From positions 19,300 through 83,299 of the forward strand of contig SVIQ01000003.1 of NCBI GenBank assembly GCA_015069415.1: DNA of 64,000 bases, given 5' to 3'. The DNA comes from Clostridiales bacterium (GTDB taxonomy: Bacteria; Bacillota; Clostridia; Christensenellales; UBA1242). The position numbers and the translations under genes were made by a program. This document shows, piece by piece, positions 8,714 through 16,528 of the stretch (position 1 is the first letter of the stretch; each line of letters opens with the position of its first letter). The notes below the pieces were generated by a model. It was not told the origin of the DNA. It did not search any database and saw only the letters and a list, made by a program, of their open reading frames with translations.

Positions 8714-8790
8714 TGGTGGAGAATATCGGGCTCGAACCGATGACCTCCTGCTTGCAAGGCAGGCGCTCTAGCCAACTGAGCTAATCCCCC
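8714..8790 (-). tRNA. tRNA-Ala (anticodon TGC), CCA encoded
   Basis: 5' GGGGGAT...ATTCTCC-A-CCA acceptor with G3:U70, anticodon loop CTTGCAA, T-loop TTCGAGC. Confidence 0.9.
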
Positions 8791-8810
8791 ATAAATCAAA
8801 ATGCATTTAT

Positions 8811-8839
8811 ATATTACCAAGATTTAAGATATTTGTCAA
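8811..8839 (-). promoter_or_regulatory. sigma-A-type promoter of the tRNA-Ala/tRNA-Ile unit (TTGACA-17-TAATAT)
   Basis: Minus strand reads TTGACA aatatcttaaatcttgg TAATAT, about 20 nt upstream of the tRNA-Ala 5' end. Confidence 0.6.
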
Positions 8840-8959
8840 TAAATTTTCACAAATATTTTAAAATTTTTTTATATTTTCACTTTTATTCGAAAATGTAAGT
8901 AAATTAAAATGCATTTTTCTTCCTAAAAACAAAAAATTGAGACTGAGTCTCCTACCAAA

Positions 8960-10018
8960 TTACTGATTAACAACATTTCCATCCGACACAATCAATCTAG
9001 TGTCTGCAAGGCGTTCAAATAATTGTAATTTTTGTGTCATAATTGCAAAAGTTGTAATTGAACCGCAATCATAACCATCTTTAGTAAGAGATAAAAGTTT
9101 TTTAGTGAGTGTCATATTTTCATCATCAATGCCCAAAAGAGAATTAACGTCATCAATAATGATAATAACATTTTGTCCTAATTCATATTTTCGCATAGCT
9201 CTTTTTATTGCTAAATTTAGTAAGCTCTTTGCGTAATCAAAATTTTCAGTGATATCACAAGTAAACATTTCACAGTTGTTGAGTTTCTTTAAATACATTC
9301 TATTTCGTTCGGTAAGAGTTAAATTAATGTAAATTTTCTTTTCATCCGGACAATTTTCAAACATATTCATAATTGCTTTTGTGTTTTCGTTACTATTTTG
9401 TCCATAGATATATACATTTTGACCATACTTAATTTCAAAACTCATTAGATTTTTATCTAAAAATTTAATAGGAACATCAGGCTCTTTTGCACTGTCATCA
9501 TAATAAGTAACATAATACTTTTGACCCGGGATTGCCTCAAGTCCATTTACAGCTTGAATGTTTGAAATTAAAGTTTTACCTTCCCTGTTTTCCAAAATAG
9601 CTTCAACATAATCTCCAGATACTAAATCAAAAGAGTCTGCAATAGCTTTAGGCAATGGATGCTGAACAAAACGATCAAAGCTTTTCTGCCAAACGAAATT
9701 TAATTCACCATTTCTTTCAACATAACCAGATATTTCAAAATAATTTTCTCCATCCGGACAAGAAGTATGTTGAGAAAATGTTATATTTTCATTACTTTGC
9801 ACAAGATTGAAAAAATCCACGAAAGACAAGCCCACATTCTTCGGTGGACGACCTTGCTTTGACTTTTTAAGACTTGGTTGTTGAGTGCCTTCTTTTAACG
9901 ACAAAATTTCGTCAATAAGTTGCTCTTTCTTTTTACTAGTAGGCGACTTAACTCCAGAACGTCTCGCAAGTTCTCTAAGCATATATATATTGTAATCGTT
10001 TAATTCTTCTCTAGTCAT
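8960..10018 (-). CDS. Rho-like protein: Rho_N/SAP-like N-terminus, OB-like middle, RecA-like fold with degenerate Walker A
   Basis: By-eye alignment to E. coli Rho. The N-terminus (LRELARRSGVKSPTSKKKEQLIDEIL) resembles Rho_N. IKYGQNVYIYGQNSNENTKAI aligns with IGRGQRGLIVAPPKAGKTML, so the P-loop is lost. LTERN aligns with IDERPEE, VIIIIDDVNSL with VIILLDSITRL, and GSITTFAIM with GSLTIIATA. The C-terminus is about 70 aa shorter. Confidence 0.6.
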   Translation of the reverse strand: MTREELNDYNIYMLRELARRSGVKSPTSKKKEQLIDEILSLKEGTQQPSLKKSKQGRPPKNVGLSFVDFFNLVQSNENITFSQHTSCPDGENYFEISGYVERNGELNFVWQKSFDRFVQHPLPKAIADSFDLVSGDYVEAILENREGKTLISNIQAVNGLEAIPGQKYYVTYYDDSAKEPDVPIKFLDKNLMSFEIKYGQNVYIYGQNSNENTKAIMNMFENCPDEKKIYINLTLTERNRMYLKKLNNCEMFTCDITENFDYAKSLLNLAIKRAMRKYELGQNVIIIIDDVNSLLGIDDENMTLTKKLLSLTKDGYDCGSITTFAIMTQKLQLFERLADTRLIVSDGNVVNQ

Positions 10019-10034
10019 ATTTGCCTTCGGTGAA

Positions 10035-10063
10035 ATTTTATCACAATTTCGACAATCTGTAAA
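10035..10063 (-). promoter_or_regulatory. promoter TTTACA-17-TAAAAT with a 0A box in the spacer; a second, inverted 0A box lies upstream
   Basis: Minus strand reads TTTACA gatTGTCGAAattgtga TAAAAT. Boxes lie at 10048..10054 and 10080..10086 and form a 9-10 bp inverted repeat. Confidence 0.5.
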
Positions 10064-10099
10064 GCAATTTTGTAAAAAATGTCGAAATTTTGAACAAAA

Positions 10100-10447
10100 T
10101 TATAAAGTTAATCCCAAACTAATCATAATTGCCACATCAACCTTTTGCATAGTTAAACTGTCTATTTCACTAATTTTATCTTTTAAACGTCTTTTATCGA
10201 GAGTTCGAATTTGTTCCAACAAAACAACGCTATCTTTTACTAAATGATACTTTTCTCTCTCAAGTTCTATATGTGTTGGAAGTTTTGCTTTTTCTAGTTG
10301 GCTAGTAATCGCGGCAACTATTACTGTTGGACTATATTTATTACCGACATCATTTTGCACGACCAAAACAGGGCGCATTCCACCCTGTTCGCTCCCAACA
10401 ACGGGACTAAGATCAGCATAATAAATTTCACCGCGAATAACTTCCAT
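10100..10447 (-). CDS. mazF: MazF/EndoA (NdoA)-type mRNA interferase toxin
   Basis: Roughly 60% or higher identity by eye to B. subtilis EndoA ([40 protein letters not shown]). Confidence 0.9.
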   Translation of the reverse strand: MEVIRGEIYYADLSPVVGSEQGGMRPVLVVQNDVGNKYSPTVIVAAITSQLEKAKLPTHIELEREKYHLVKDSVVLLEQIRTLDKRRLKDKISEIDSLTMQKVDVAIMISLGLTL

Positions 10448-10638
10448 TAGTCTCCCTTCAAATAAGTTAATGTAATCGACAAATCATCAAAATTGTCAAA
10501 CTCTGTAACGATATCGTTTACAAGAGAAATGTAATTACTATCATTATATTCATCGATATCAAATTTGGCACATTTAGGCTTGCTTAATGGCTTGAATTTT
10601 TCTAAATAATCAAAGTAAGCCAAAACTTCATCTAACAT
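10447..10638 (-). CDS. acidic 63-aa protein translationally coupled to mazF (candidate non-canonical antitoxin)
   Basis: TAATG stop/start overlap with mazF. Asp/Glu-rich, with no RHH- or AbrB-like N-terminus recognisable. Confidence 0.5.
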   Translation of the reverse strand: MLDEVLAYFDYLEKFKPLSKPKCAKFDIDEYNDSNYISLVNDIVTEFDNFDDLSITLTYLKGD

Positions 10639-10660
10639 ATTCTCTCCTAAAAATTAAAGG

Positions 10661-11113
10661 TTAAACCTTAGCAAGTTGTTTTTTTAATTTTTCGTAAAAA
10701 TCTTCTTGAATTTTCTTAAATTCGTGTACCATTTCAGTGAGCTCTTCATTTTTTACAGGCATGTCTTTTTCTGCTTTGATGGTGTCAACAATTCCCATGC
10801 TCGTTCCGGCAATCATCATTTCCACAATATGACGAGAAGAATTGTCCATCCACAGAGACATGTAAAGCATAGCTGATTGTTTAAATTTTTTAAACACACT
10901 ATTTTCCTTAACTTCTTTGTCATTGCTCATAGCAACAGCGTCACATTTTGAAGCAAACTTTTCATACATTGAATACTGCTTTTGAAATAATTTTTTCAAA
11001 TCCTCTCGTTTTGTTTTCTTTAAAACTTTGTCAATTGCTAGCATTCCAACTGTAGCATCTTGGTACATTCTATTTAACAATAAAATCTCATTTTTTTGCA
11101 TAATTTCCTCCAA
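10661..11113 (-). CDS. hypothetical all-helical protein (first gene of the mazF operon)
   Basis: 150-aa ORF with a GGAGG SD and a helical heptad-like composition. Family not recognised. Confidence 0.5.
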   Translation of the reverse strand: MEEIMQKNEILLLNRMYQDATVGMLAIDKVLKKTKREDLKKLFQKQYSMYEKFASKCDAVAMSNDKEVKENSVFKKFKQSAMLYMSLWMDNSSRHIVEMMIAGTSMGIVDTIKAEKDMPVKNEELTEMVHEFKKIQEDFYEKLKKQLAKV

Positions 11114-11353
11114 TTTTAGTTTTTGTGTAAAATTTAAGAATATTCATAAAATTTATAATAAAAAAATAATTATGTAAAAAATAAAGATTATTATTAATAA
11201 TAAAAAACTCTATAAAATAGAGTTTTAAATAGATTTATTTTAATTTTTTAATATAAATAAAATTTGCTGTTTAATAAATATTCAATTAAAACAATTTTTA
11301 TTAGAATTAACTAACTTTATTTTTTTTAATAAAAATATAATTTGTTATTAAAC

Positions 11354-11382
11354 AATAAAAAACACCCGTAATAACGGGTGTC
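11354..11382 (-). terminator. rho-independent terminator after the 800-aa surface protein gene
   Basis: Minus strand reads ACACCCGT-TATT-ACGGGTGT followed by TTTTTT. Confidence 0.8.
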
Positions 11383-11386
11383 TTAA

Positions 11387-13789
11387 TTAAAATGCAACAG
11401 TTACAGTAATTGTGTCTGCTTGATTACAAGATTTAAATATATCACTTAAATTTGTTAAATCAAAATTATCTTTTGTCATTGTTACAGACTTTTCTCCGAA
11501 AGTAAATGTAACACTTTGTGGATAATGTTTAACAATGTCAAAATTGATACCTGAAGCTTTTTCGATATAAATATTGTCAAAGAAGTAAGCCTTCAATTCG
11601 TCGTTTGTATATTTTGTCATTGAATCTACAACACCAAAATAATCAACAGCTTTATCTTTAATTACAAAATCTTTACATGCTACAAATTTTGAAATTTTAT
11701 TTGTAATTTTAATGAAATCATTTTCTGGTGCATATGCGTTTTTATATTCGACAAGCACGTCTCTTATATTTACAGCTTCAATTACATAATTTGCAATTTC
11801 ATCATTGTTTTTACCAATTAGAACAATCGCTTGATCTTCTTGATAAGTTTGAACAATCAAATTTGTTACAGTTAAAGTTTCATCTGAATTCTTTTTGTAA
11901 ACAATCCAATTTGATTTAGTTGTTTCAGGTAAAATACAACCATAGTAATTTTTACCTTCTGTGTAAGTTTCAATTGAATATGTTTTCTTAACAAGTTCAT
12001 TTCCATCTTCAACAAATGTCACAGTGTACTGAATAGCAAATTTTTGAGCTACAATTTCTTGATTTGTTGTGTAGTTCAAATCAACTGTTGGCCAAGCTAA
12101 TTCATAATATTTTTCAACTACAACTCCATCAAGACTAGGTAATTCAATTGTTGAAAGGTCTGTTTCAATAGTGTATGTTTTTAAAACTGATGTAGAGCTA
12201 TCCGCAAACGCATACCCTTCTGGAAGTTTGTATGTTACATTATATTGAGTTGGAGTTTTAACTAATACAACTACAATATTTCCACCATTAGTTAAATCGT
12301 AATCATCCCATTTTGTATCATAATGCTCAACAGTTGGAACTTCTGGAACAGTAATTGTTTTGTTTTCAATGTCATATGTTTCAGTAGCAATTTCAGTTTC
12401 ACCATTCTTGAATGTAACAGTATACTCAACTGGAGTTTTTACTAATTCAACTGTTTTGTTTTCAAGTTTTGTTAAATCATATTCTTCCCAACGAGTTTCG
12501 TAATGGGCTATTGTTGGAACTTCTGGTTCTTCAATTGTTCTGTCTAAAATTGTATAAGTGTCGCTACCAACTTCTGTAGAACCGTTCATAAATTTAACTG
12601 TGTAAGATGTTGCAGTTCCGCTAAGAGTAACGTTTTCAAAATCCTTAAGTTCATTTGTGTCAAAAGATGACCAATTTACTTCTCCTTCAAAGTAAGCTTT
12701 TACGTCGTCAGGAATTGCAGGAGCAACAACTTCTTTATTTTCAACAGTATATTGTTTTACTATTTGAGAAGATTCATTTTCAAATGTAAATCCTTCTGGT
12801 AAATTAAATTTCACAGAATAAACGATTGGACTAACTACAGCCATTACTTCAACTGAATTTTGTTCATCAAAATCAAATGTGAATTCTGGCCAAATCATTT
12901 CATAATGTTCTTCAACTTCTACGTCAGTTAAACTTGGTAGAACAAAAGATGATTCTTCATCTAAAACTGTGTATGTTTTCTCAATGAATGTTATTGAATC
13001 AACAAATTCATAACCTTCTGGTAAAACAAATTTAATAGGATAGTTGATAATAGATTTTTCTACTTGAATTTCTTGTCCTACAACAAATTCTAAAGTATAG
13101 TCAGGCCAAGCAAATGTATAACCATTTTCTACAGGAAGAGCTGGAACAACTATTGAATCTTTATTTTCTACTGTATACTCAACATTTCCACCATCCACAA
13201 CGCTGTGACCGTATTTAAATATCAAACTATATTTATTAGGTGTTTCAATTCTTGTAATAGTTACGTCTTGTGTGATCTTAGTTTCACTAGTAACTTCAGT
13301 TTCTCCAATTTTATAAACATATGTATAATGTTCTCTCGGAGTATATTTAGAATTTAATTCCTCTAAAATACCATTTGCACCACTGAATTTAAAACTATCT
13401 TCGAAAGTTCCGTCTTTTACAACGACATTAAACTTTTCTTCAGCGAAAACAGCCTTAAATTTCGCATTTTTACTAATTGACAATTTTAATTTCTTATTTA
13501 AGCTATAATCTTTATCGTTTTTTTGCCATTTAACGAATGTCATTTTTTCTTTCGCAACAGCATTAAGTTCAAGCTTAGATTTTTTTGTTACAGTAAATTC
13601 ATCTGAAGTTCCTGCACCAATTTCATAATCCTTGTCATCAATAGACAATTGTACTTTTCCACCATCAGATGCTGAAATTGACAAAGTATATTCTTTCTTG
13701 TCTTGAACATTTTTAGTCACAAAGATAACACCAACGGCTAGTGCTGTAACAATTAAAACTGGTATAAGAATACTAATTAATTTTTTCAT
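11387..13789 (-). CDS. N-terminally anchored surface protein with about 9 Listeria-Bacteroides-type repeat modules
   Basis: Signal-anchor KKLISILIPVLIVTALAVGVIF. Recurring ~70-aa units (Y.V.F...G...TYT..D..I..P..P....Y...W..YDLT). Confidence 0.65.
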   Translation of the reverse strand: MKKLISILIPVLIVTALAVGVIFVTKNVQDKKEYTLSISASDGGKVQLSIDDKDYEIGAGTSDEFTVTKKSKLELNAVAKEKMTFVKWQKNDKDYSLNKKLKLSISKNAKFKAVFAEEKFNVVVKDGTFEDSFKFSGANGILEELNSKYTPREHYTYVYKIGETEVTSETKITQDVTITRIETPNKYSLIFKYGHSVVDGGNVEYTVENKDSIVVPALPVENGYTFAWPDYTLEFVVGQEIQVEKSIINYPIKFVLPEGYEFVDSITFIEKTYTVLDEESSFVLPSLTDVEVEEHYEMIWPEFTFDFDEQNSVEVMAVVSPIVYSVKFNLPEGFTFENESSQIVKQYTVENKEVVAPAIPDDVKAYFEGEVNWSSFDTNELKDFENVTLSGTATSYTVKFMNGSTEVGSDTYTILDRTIEEPEVPTIAHYETRWEEYDLTKLENKTVELVKTPVEYTVTFKNGETEIATETYDIENKTITVPEVPTVEHYDTKWDDYDLTNGGNIVVVLVKTPTQYNVTYKLPEGYAFADSSTSVLKTYTIETDLSTIELPSLDGVVVEKYYELAWPTVDLNYTTNQEIVAQKFAIQYTVTFVEDGNELVKKTYSIETYTEGKNYYGCILPETTKSNWIVYKKNSDETLTVTNLIVQTYQEDQAIVLIGKNNDEIANYVIEAVNIRDVLVEYKNAYAPENDFIKITNKISKFVACKDFVIKDKAVDYFGVVDSMTKYTNDELKAYFFDNIYIEKASGINFDIVKHYPQSVTFTFGEKSVTMTKDNFDLTNLSDIFKSCNQADTITVTVAF

Positions 13790-13810
13790 AATTTTCCCCT
13801 TATGTTACCG

Positions 13811-15187
13811 TTATCCAACGATAATTTCATCAAAATCAACATCAGGCACAGGTTCTTTTAAATCTGCATTTTCTGTTGCAGAAGATGATGAGCTATCTGA
13901 TGTTTCTGGAGCTAAAGTTGTTTCACTTTCTGAAGTCACAATTGAAGAATCTACAGACCCTTGAGGTTCTTGTGTAGCATCTGTTGATGGAGTTTCAACA
14001 ACTGGTGGCTCATCTGTAACTGTGTCAGATTGTGATGGTGTTGTAGGAGCTGGTGTTGTTGTGCTTTCTGTTTTAAGACTTGCATTGTAAGTAGCAACAA
14101 GTTCTGAAATAATTTTGTTTAACTTTGCTTGTTTAGCTTCATTCCAAACTAATCCACCAAAATCAACAGTCACAGTTACACCTTCAGTCTTTTCACCATT
14201 TAATCTTCCGGCTAAAATATCTTCTAATTCTTCCACGCTCAAAGCACCGTTTGAACTGTTAATTGTAACTGGAATTGAGAATTCAGTGTATTCTGAATAA
14301 GAAGTAATAATTCTCATACTGTAGTTATAAGTATCATTAGATGCTGGCAATTTTCCCTTGTAGCTAATTCTAGTTGAATGAGCAACATCTCCGCGAACAA
14401 TTTCTTCTAATTTGTCCATACCTTCTTTAGTCATTTTTGAAGTTTTAAGACCTTGTCTACCAACTTCTTGAATGAGAGCATCCACAATATTTTTGCCTTC
14501 TCCCAATTTTGAAACATCAAAATCAGCTCCGATTTGTTCTAAAATTTGTTCTTGAGTGAAAGTTACAATGCTTTCGCATGTGTTATTTCTTACAAATTCG
14601 AAAACTAGATCAAGGTATTCCAAGATTGAAGCGTTATTTCCAATGTATGCTCCATCTTTAAACATAGAATGAGCTGTTTTTCTGATTTCCATCATGTCAT
14701 CAATATTTTCTTCGTTGGCTTTGTATGTAGCATAACCGTCAGACACCGCTCCTTGACCTGTCATAACTTTTCCAAGCACTCTCAATTCAGCATTTTCTTT
14801 AGTTTCTCCAACGACTTCAAATCCAGAACATTTAATTAAGATTTTAATTGTGTTAACTTCACCAATTTCGTAATCAGATCCTACAGCTTTTGCAATAGCT
14901 TCTGTTTTTTGAGCGATTTGAGAGTCTTCAACATTCTCATCACTACAAGCTGTCAAAACAGCTGGAGATACAGCTAACAATAAAGCCGTTAAGAAAGCAC
15001 CAATTCTCTTCTTACCTTTAGAAATTCCGTAACCAGTCTTAACTGCAGCTTCTTTTATTGCTTGTCCTGCACTCTTAGCAAGAGCTCCTGTTCCTCTTGC
15101 AAGTTTTTTCATTCTTTCATAAATTGACATTTTTTGTTCTTCAGTCAATCCCTTAACAAATTCCTCAACATTAATATTCTTTTTCAT
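13811..15187 (-). CDS. putative lipoprotein with a long cytoplasmic N-extension and a Ser/Thr/Pro-rich tail
   Basis: Start set at the ATG preceded by GGAGGGG. Lipobox-like LLLAVSPAVLTAC lies about 80 aa in. C-terminal TTPAPTTPSQSD...SSSSS tract. Confidence 0.55.
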   Translation of the reverse strand: MKKNINVEEFVKGLTEEQKMSIYERMKKLARGTGALAKSAGQAIKEAAVKTGYGISKGKKRIGAFLTALLLAVSPAVLTACSDENVEDSQIAQKTEAIAKAVGSDYEIGEVNTIKILIKCSGFEVVGETKENAELRVLGKVMTGQGAVSDGYATYKANEENIDDMMEIRKTAHSMFKDGAYIGNNASILEYLDLVFEFVRNNTCESIVTFTQEQILEQIGADFDVSKLGEGKNIVDALIQEVGRQGLKTSKMTKEGMDKLEEIVRGDVAHSTRISYKGKLPASNDTYNYSMRIITSYSEYTEFSIPVTINSSNGALSVEELEDILAGRLNGEKTEGVTVTVDFGGLVWNEAKQAKLNKIISELVATYNASLKTESTTTPAPTTPSQSDTVTDEPPVVETPSTDATQEPQGSVDSSIVTSESETTLAPETSDSSSSSATENADLKEPVPDVDFDEIIVG

Positions 15188-15218
15188 TTTCCCCTCCATA
15201 ATTTTTCGAGATGATTAT

Positions 15219-15247
15219 ATATTAACACAAAGTGTCGAAATTGTCAA
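15219..15247 (-). promoter_or_regulatory. promoter TTGACA-17-TAATAT with a 0A box in the spacer
   Basis: Minus strand reads TTGACA aTTTCGACActttgtgt TAATAT. Heptamer at 15233..15239. Confidence 0.55.
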
Positions 15248-15417
15248 TACCCTTTTTTATTATTAGTTTTTAAATCGAAAAAATGCAAAAATGTACTATA
15301 TTTAAGCTGATTTTCTTATCTTTTAAAAAGAACTTGAAAAAAATATTTTAAAAATTTAAGTTTTACAGAGTAAAACTTTTTTAAAAAAAAAGAAAAAACG
15401 CAAGGAACTCCCTCACG

Positions 15418-16338
15418 TTAAATAAAGTTCAAAGCATAGCCCAGCATTAAGCTTGGAACAATCATCATAATGATGATAAACAAATTTTCTTTCCAGTTTT
15501 TGTTTTGTTTAAACAAAACAACAAGTCCAATTCCTGCGTTTACACTTAACCCTGCAACAAGTGAGCCAAACGACAGTCCTCCAAGCATAAACAACTTAGT
15601 AATTGCTACACTTGATGCGCAATTAGGAATAAGTCCAACCAAAACAGCCAGAATAGGTTGCAAAGCAAGACTTCCGTTTAAGAAGTTAGCAAGGCGTTCT
15701 TCACCTATCCAAATATGCGTAATACATGTGAAAATCAAATTTATAGCAAATATGAACGCACTAATTTTTAAACAATGCAACAAGGGATGCTTCCAGTCAT
15801 AAGATTTTGTTTCAACACTATGATTGCAACATCCTCCAAAAGAAACTTCTTCGTGATCGTCATGTTCTTCATGATCGTGTTCGTCGTTATGGTAGTGGTG
15901 ATCATGATTTTCATGAACTTCTACTTTTTTCTTAAAAATAAGCTTGTATAAAACGATGGACAAATAACCAACAGCTATTCCAAACACAACTTTAATTGCG
16001 ATTAAAAGGAACATCCAAGGTATGAATTTAGGCTCAGACAACATTAAAGGCAATGCCTCATCGCTTGTCGCAATGTAAACGGCAATTAATGTACCAATCG
16101 AAATGTACTTTTTCGAATACATATCTGTCGAAATAATTGAAAATCCGCATTGAGGAACACATCCAATGATTGACCCAAACACTGGCCCGCTTTTACCCTT
16201 TAAAAACTTATTGTTTTTAAAACTAATGGCACACTTAAATTCAATCAATTCAATAATGTAATAAACTATGAAAAGAAAAGGCAACACTTTGGTTGTGTCA
16301 ATGAATGCTTCTAATAGAACATGTAAAAATTCGTGCAT
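15418..16338 (-). CDS. ArsP_2/DUF2899-like 10-TM permease with a His/Asp/Glu-rich loop (metal transport suspected)
   Basis: IGCVPQCGFS...ATSDEALP motif pair repeated in the C-terminal half (IPNCASSVAIT). Loop HENHDHHYHNDEHDHEEHDDHEE. Start moved to the ATG preceded by AAGGAGAGGG. Confidence 0.55.
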   Translation of the reverse strand: MHEFLHVLLEAFIDTTKVLPFLFIVYYIIELIEFKCAISFKNNKFLKGKSGPVFGSIIGCVPQCGFSIISTDMYSKKYISIGTLIAVYIATSDEALPLMLSEPKFIPWMFLLIAIKVVFGIAVGYLSIVLYKLIFKKKVEVHENHDHHYHNDEHDHEEHDDHEEVSFGGCCNHSVETKSYDWKHPLLHCLKISAFIFAINLIFTCITHIWIGEERLANFLNGSLALQPILAVLVGLIPNCASSVAITKLFMLGGLSFGSLVAGLSVNAGIGLVVLFKQNKNWKENLFIIIMMIVPSLMLGYALNFI

Positions 16339-16408
16339 AACCCTCTCCTTAAATAGCGAAACTATTTTGTTTAGCATTACTCAAAAATGCAGTTTGTTGT
16401 TTAGAGCA

Positions 16409-16434
16409 ATAAAAATTCTTGCAAACGCAAGAAC
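16409..16434 (-). terminator. intrinsic terminator between the mini-ORF and the permease gene
   Basis: Minus strand reads TTCTTGC-GTTT-GCAAGAA followed by TTTTT. Confidence 0.65.
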
Positions 16435-16441
16435 CTTTAGT

Positions 16442-16522
16442 TTAAAACACTCCGCATTGCGCCAAGAAACACGCCACAACAACTGCTATAGCAAACAAAA
16501 CAATCAATTTTAAAAATTTCAT
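16442..16522 (-). CDS. 26-aa hydrophobic peptide MKFLKLIVLFAIAVVVACFLAQCGVF (small membrane peptide or leader peptide)
   Basis: Has its own promoter with the ATG 7 nt after the -10 (leaderless) and its own terminator. Resembles a signal peptide with a VAC lipobox-like site. Confidence 0.35.
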   Translation of the reverse strand: MKFLKLIVLFAIAVVVACFLAQCGVF

Positions 16523-16528
16523 AGTTTG

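Noticed and set aside
16268-16513. 81-aa plus-strand ORF between the permease and spmB.
   Set aside because: It is antisense to the permease start, the terminator and the mini-ORF. It has no SD, so it is spurious.
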